A DNA stretch of 64,000 bases from Phoronis australis (lineage: Eukaryota > Animalia > Phoronida). The notes below the pieces were generated by a model. That model saw only the letters and a list, made by a program, of their open reading frames with translations, was not told the DNA's origin and made no database searches. The stretch lies in the NCBI GenBank assembly GCA_002633005.1, contig NMRA01000752.1:58689-122688 (forward strand), in the 5' to 3' direction. Each line of letters opens with the position of its first letter. Position 1 is the stretch's first letter. The translations under genes were made by a program, and so were the position numbers. Positions 62,415 to 64,000 of the stretch are shown piece after piece.

Positions 62415-63992
62415 ATGTCAGTAGGTTTCAAAATTCCTGTTAACTACTGCCGTGAGTCAGACTTGCTAGATTTTCCGGGAGTTGACGAAGATATCGTCCT
62501 ACAAATAGTTGACTTCCGGGAGAGATGCCCTATCGGTCGTCACAATATCTACCAGATATCTGACGATTGGATAGTGACCAGCGCGGTGACTGACCGGGTG
62601 GATTATTCCTTAACCCCCAGTTCAGCTTCCCGAAACTCTGATTTGCCGGCGGGGTTAGCTCAAGTGGCTGACGCTTGCGACAGGCTGAATAGGTCCCCTA
62701 GTCCTCGTTTGGGTAGAACCACTAGATACCAAGTCGATGAGGGTAGGCGCGACAGTGGTATAAGTCCCGGCGTTTATACTCCTCCTAGTAGGCGAAGAGG
62801 GTATTCGGGGAACATAGGAGGTAGGTATGACAGTGGTCTGGAGCCCGACACTTTTACTTCTCCTGTTCGCCCAAGGGGGTACTGGGCAAATAGAGAGGGA
62901 AGGCGCGACAGAGGCGGAAGTCCCGGCGCAAGAAATGCCAGGGGGTATAAAGTAGATTCGCATGCTCCTCATAATTTAGTTTTCAAGGGCTTGCGTAATA
63001 CCTGGAAGGATTTCCACTGGAAGTTTAGCCGTTTTGCGAGGGAAAACTTCTGGTCCGGGGATAAATGTTTAGCAGAGCTAAGTCTCTGCTGTGAAGGGGA
63101 TGCACTCCGCTTTCTTTGTAATTTTACAGAAAGTCGGCCAGACGCATTGTATGACGAAGTAGTAGAAGCAATGAGGAAACGTTTTGGTGTTGCTTCAGGG
63201 GTGCCAGGAGTAGACCAACTACAATTTCACTCCGCATCCCAAAAACAAGCCGAGTCCCTACATCAATGGGCTGACAGGCTGAATCATCTGTATTTTTCGG
63301 CCTTTCCAAACCCCTCAGATGGTGACCGCCATCAGGCTATACTCAGGTTTTGCTTGGGGTTAAGTGATCAGGATATAGGCAAGCAGGTGTTAAATGGTCG
63401 TCCAGAATCCATAGACCAAGCACTGGATCTAGCCGTGTGGTTCTCTACGACGAAGGGCCTAATGCCATCGCGTAAGAGTGTTACTTTTAGGGGAGATGAA
63501 CTGAGCGAGGATGTTAGTAGGCTACGTCTCGTCTCTAGTCAGAAAAGGTCGCCCATTAGGTTTTCGCCAATTTCGGGTCGCCAATCCCCACCTGATTCCC
63601 CCAACAGTTCTCCCGGGTCTAGCAACTTAGCAGAGAGGTGCAGAGTGTTAGAGTCACGGGTAGATTTTTTGACAGAGGATAATAAAGCTCTGCATAAACA
63701 AATGGACAATCTGTCCAAAGAAATGAACCAAAATTTCTCTAAAGTTGAAGGTCGTTTTTCTAAAATAGACACCAATTTAGAGAAAATGCTGGGTTTATTA
63801 GCCTCGGGCCGAGCGTCTCCTAGGAAATCACCGTCCAGATCACCCGGCAATTCTCCACGAAAAGCCGGAGAGTGTTTCAACTGTGGGGAGACTGGGCATT
63901 ATAAATATTCATGTCCCAATAAACCATCGGCCAATGTAAGACTAGCCTCAACGTCTCCAGATTGTTTAAACTGGAACGGACTGAAGGACTAG
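62415..63992 (+). CDS. gag: Gag polyprotein of Ty3/Gypsy-like LTR retrotransposon (525 aa, intact)
   Basis: Capsid-like region (WKDFHWKFSRFA..L..EGDALRF..YDEVVEAMRKRFG..Q..ESLHQWADRL..FCLGL), coiled coil and CCHC knuckle CFNCGETGHYKYSC. Lies downstream of the LTR and PBS. Confidence 0.9.
   Translation: MSVGFKIPVNYCRESDLLDFPGVDEDIVLQIVDFRERCPIGRHNIYQISDDWIVTSAVTDRVDYSLTPSSASRNSDLPAGLAQVADACDRLNRSPSPRLGRTTRYQVDEGRRDSGISPGVYTPPSRRRGYSGNIGGRYDSGLEPDTFTSPVRPRGYWANREGRRDRGGSPGARNARGYKVDSHAPHNLVFKGLRNTWKDFHWKFSRFARENFWSGDKCLAELSLCCEGDALRFLCNFTESRPDALYDEVVEAMRKRFGVASGVPGVDQLQFHSASQKQAESLHQWADRLNHLYFSAFPNPSDGDRHQAILRFCLGLSDQDIGKQVLNGRPESIDQALDLAVWFSTTKGLMPSRKSVTFRGDELSEDVSRLRLVSSQKRSPIRFSPISGRQSPPDSPNSSPGSSNLAERCRVLESRVDFLTEDNKALHKQMDNLSKEMNQNFSKVEGRFSKIDTNLEKMLGLLASGRASPRKSPSRSPGNSPRKAGECFNCGETGHYKYSCPNKPSANVRLASTSPDCLNWNGLKD
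63965..63971 (+). promoter_or_regulatory. -1 ribosomal frameshift slippery heptamer (gag-pol)
   Basis: T TTA AAC in correct X XXY YYZ phase, a few codons before the gag stop. The -1 frame (CTG GAA CGG ACT GAA GGA CTA GGT CTA AAT) is open to the window end. Confidence 0.7.
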
Positions 63993-64000
63993 GTCTAAAT

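Noticed and set aside
62751-62860. beta-TrCP phosphodegrons (DSGISP, DSGLEP) in Gag repeats
   Set aside because: Neither fits DSG-x(2,3)-[ST] spacing.
62655-63880. Antisense ORFs within gag (105, 61 and 113 aa)
   Set aside because: These are shadow frames of a relatively GC-rich coding strand with no recognisable motifs.
1-64000. tRNA/rRNA genes and the remaining short ORFs
   Set aside because: No cloverleaf or rRNA-like sequence was recognised by eye. The other 60-130 aa ORFs lack motifs and mostly lie in repeats.

Overview
This is AT-rich animal (probably invertebrate) genomic DNA with spliceosomal introns, and most of it is nested, decayed transposable elements. The only host-type gene is a three-exon pseudogene of a GH31 sulfoquinovosidase (YihQ-like) enzyme at 7.3-9.9 kb. 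It is 5'-truncated at the catalytic nucleophile motif, has lost the acid/base Asp, and carries a dead splice donor and a premature stop. Identifiable elements: three copies of a TA-flanked non-autonomous TIR element (here 'family A'); two TTAA-flanked Kolobok-like elements with a KolX/P2X7-ballast-like remnant; one TIR-bounded AcademX element and one AcademX remnant; a Sola3-like element; an RTE LINE fragment; Tc1-like, THAP and possible Penelope remnants; several MITEs and minisatellites. At the right edge is the 5' LTR, tRNA-Ser PBS and intact gag of a Ty3/Gypsy-like retrotransposon. The most unusual signals are (i) a ComEA-like helix-hairpin-helix module plus internal repeats at the Gag N-terminus, (ii) an intronic array of 80-bp hairpin-forming repeats in an apparently spliced non-coding unit, and (iii) two in-frame TGA codons at conserved Cys positions of the Kolobok KolX-like frame. 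All family calls come from motif recognition by eye; no database search was run.
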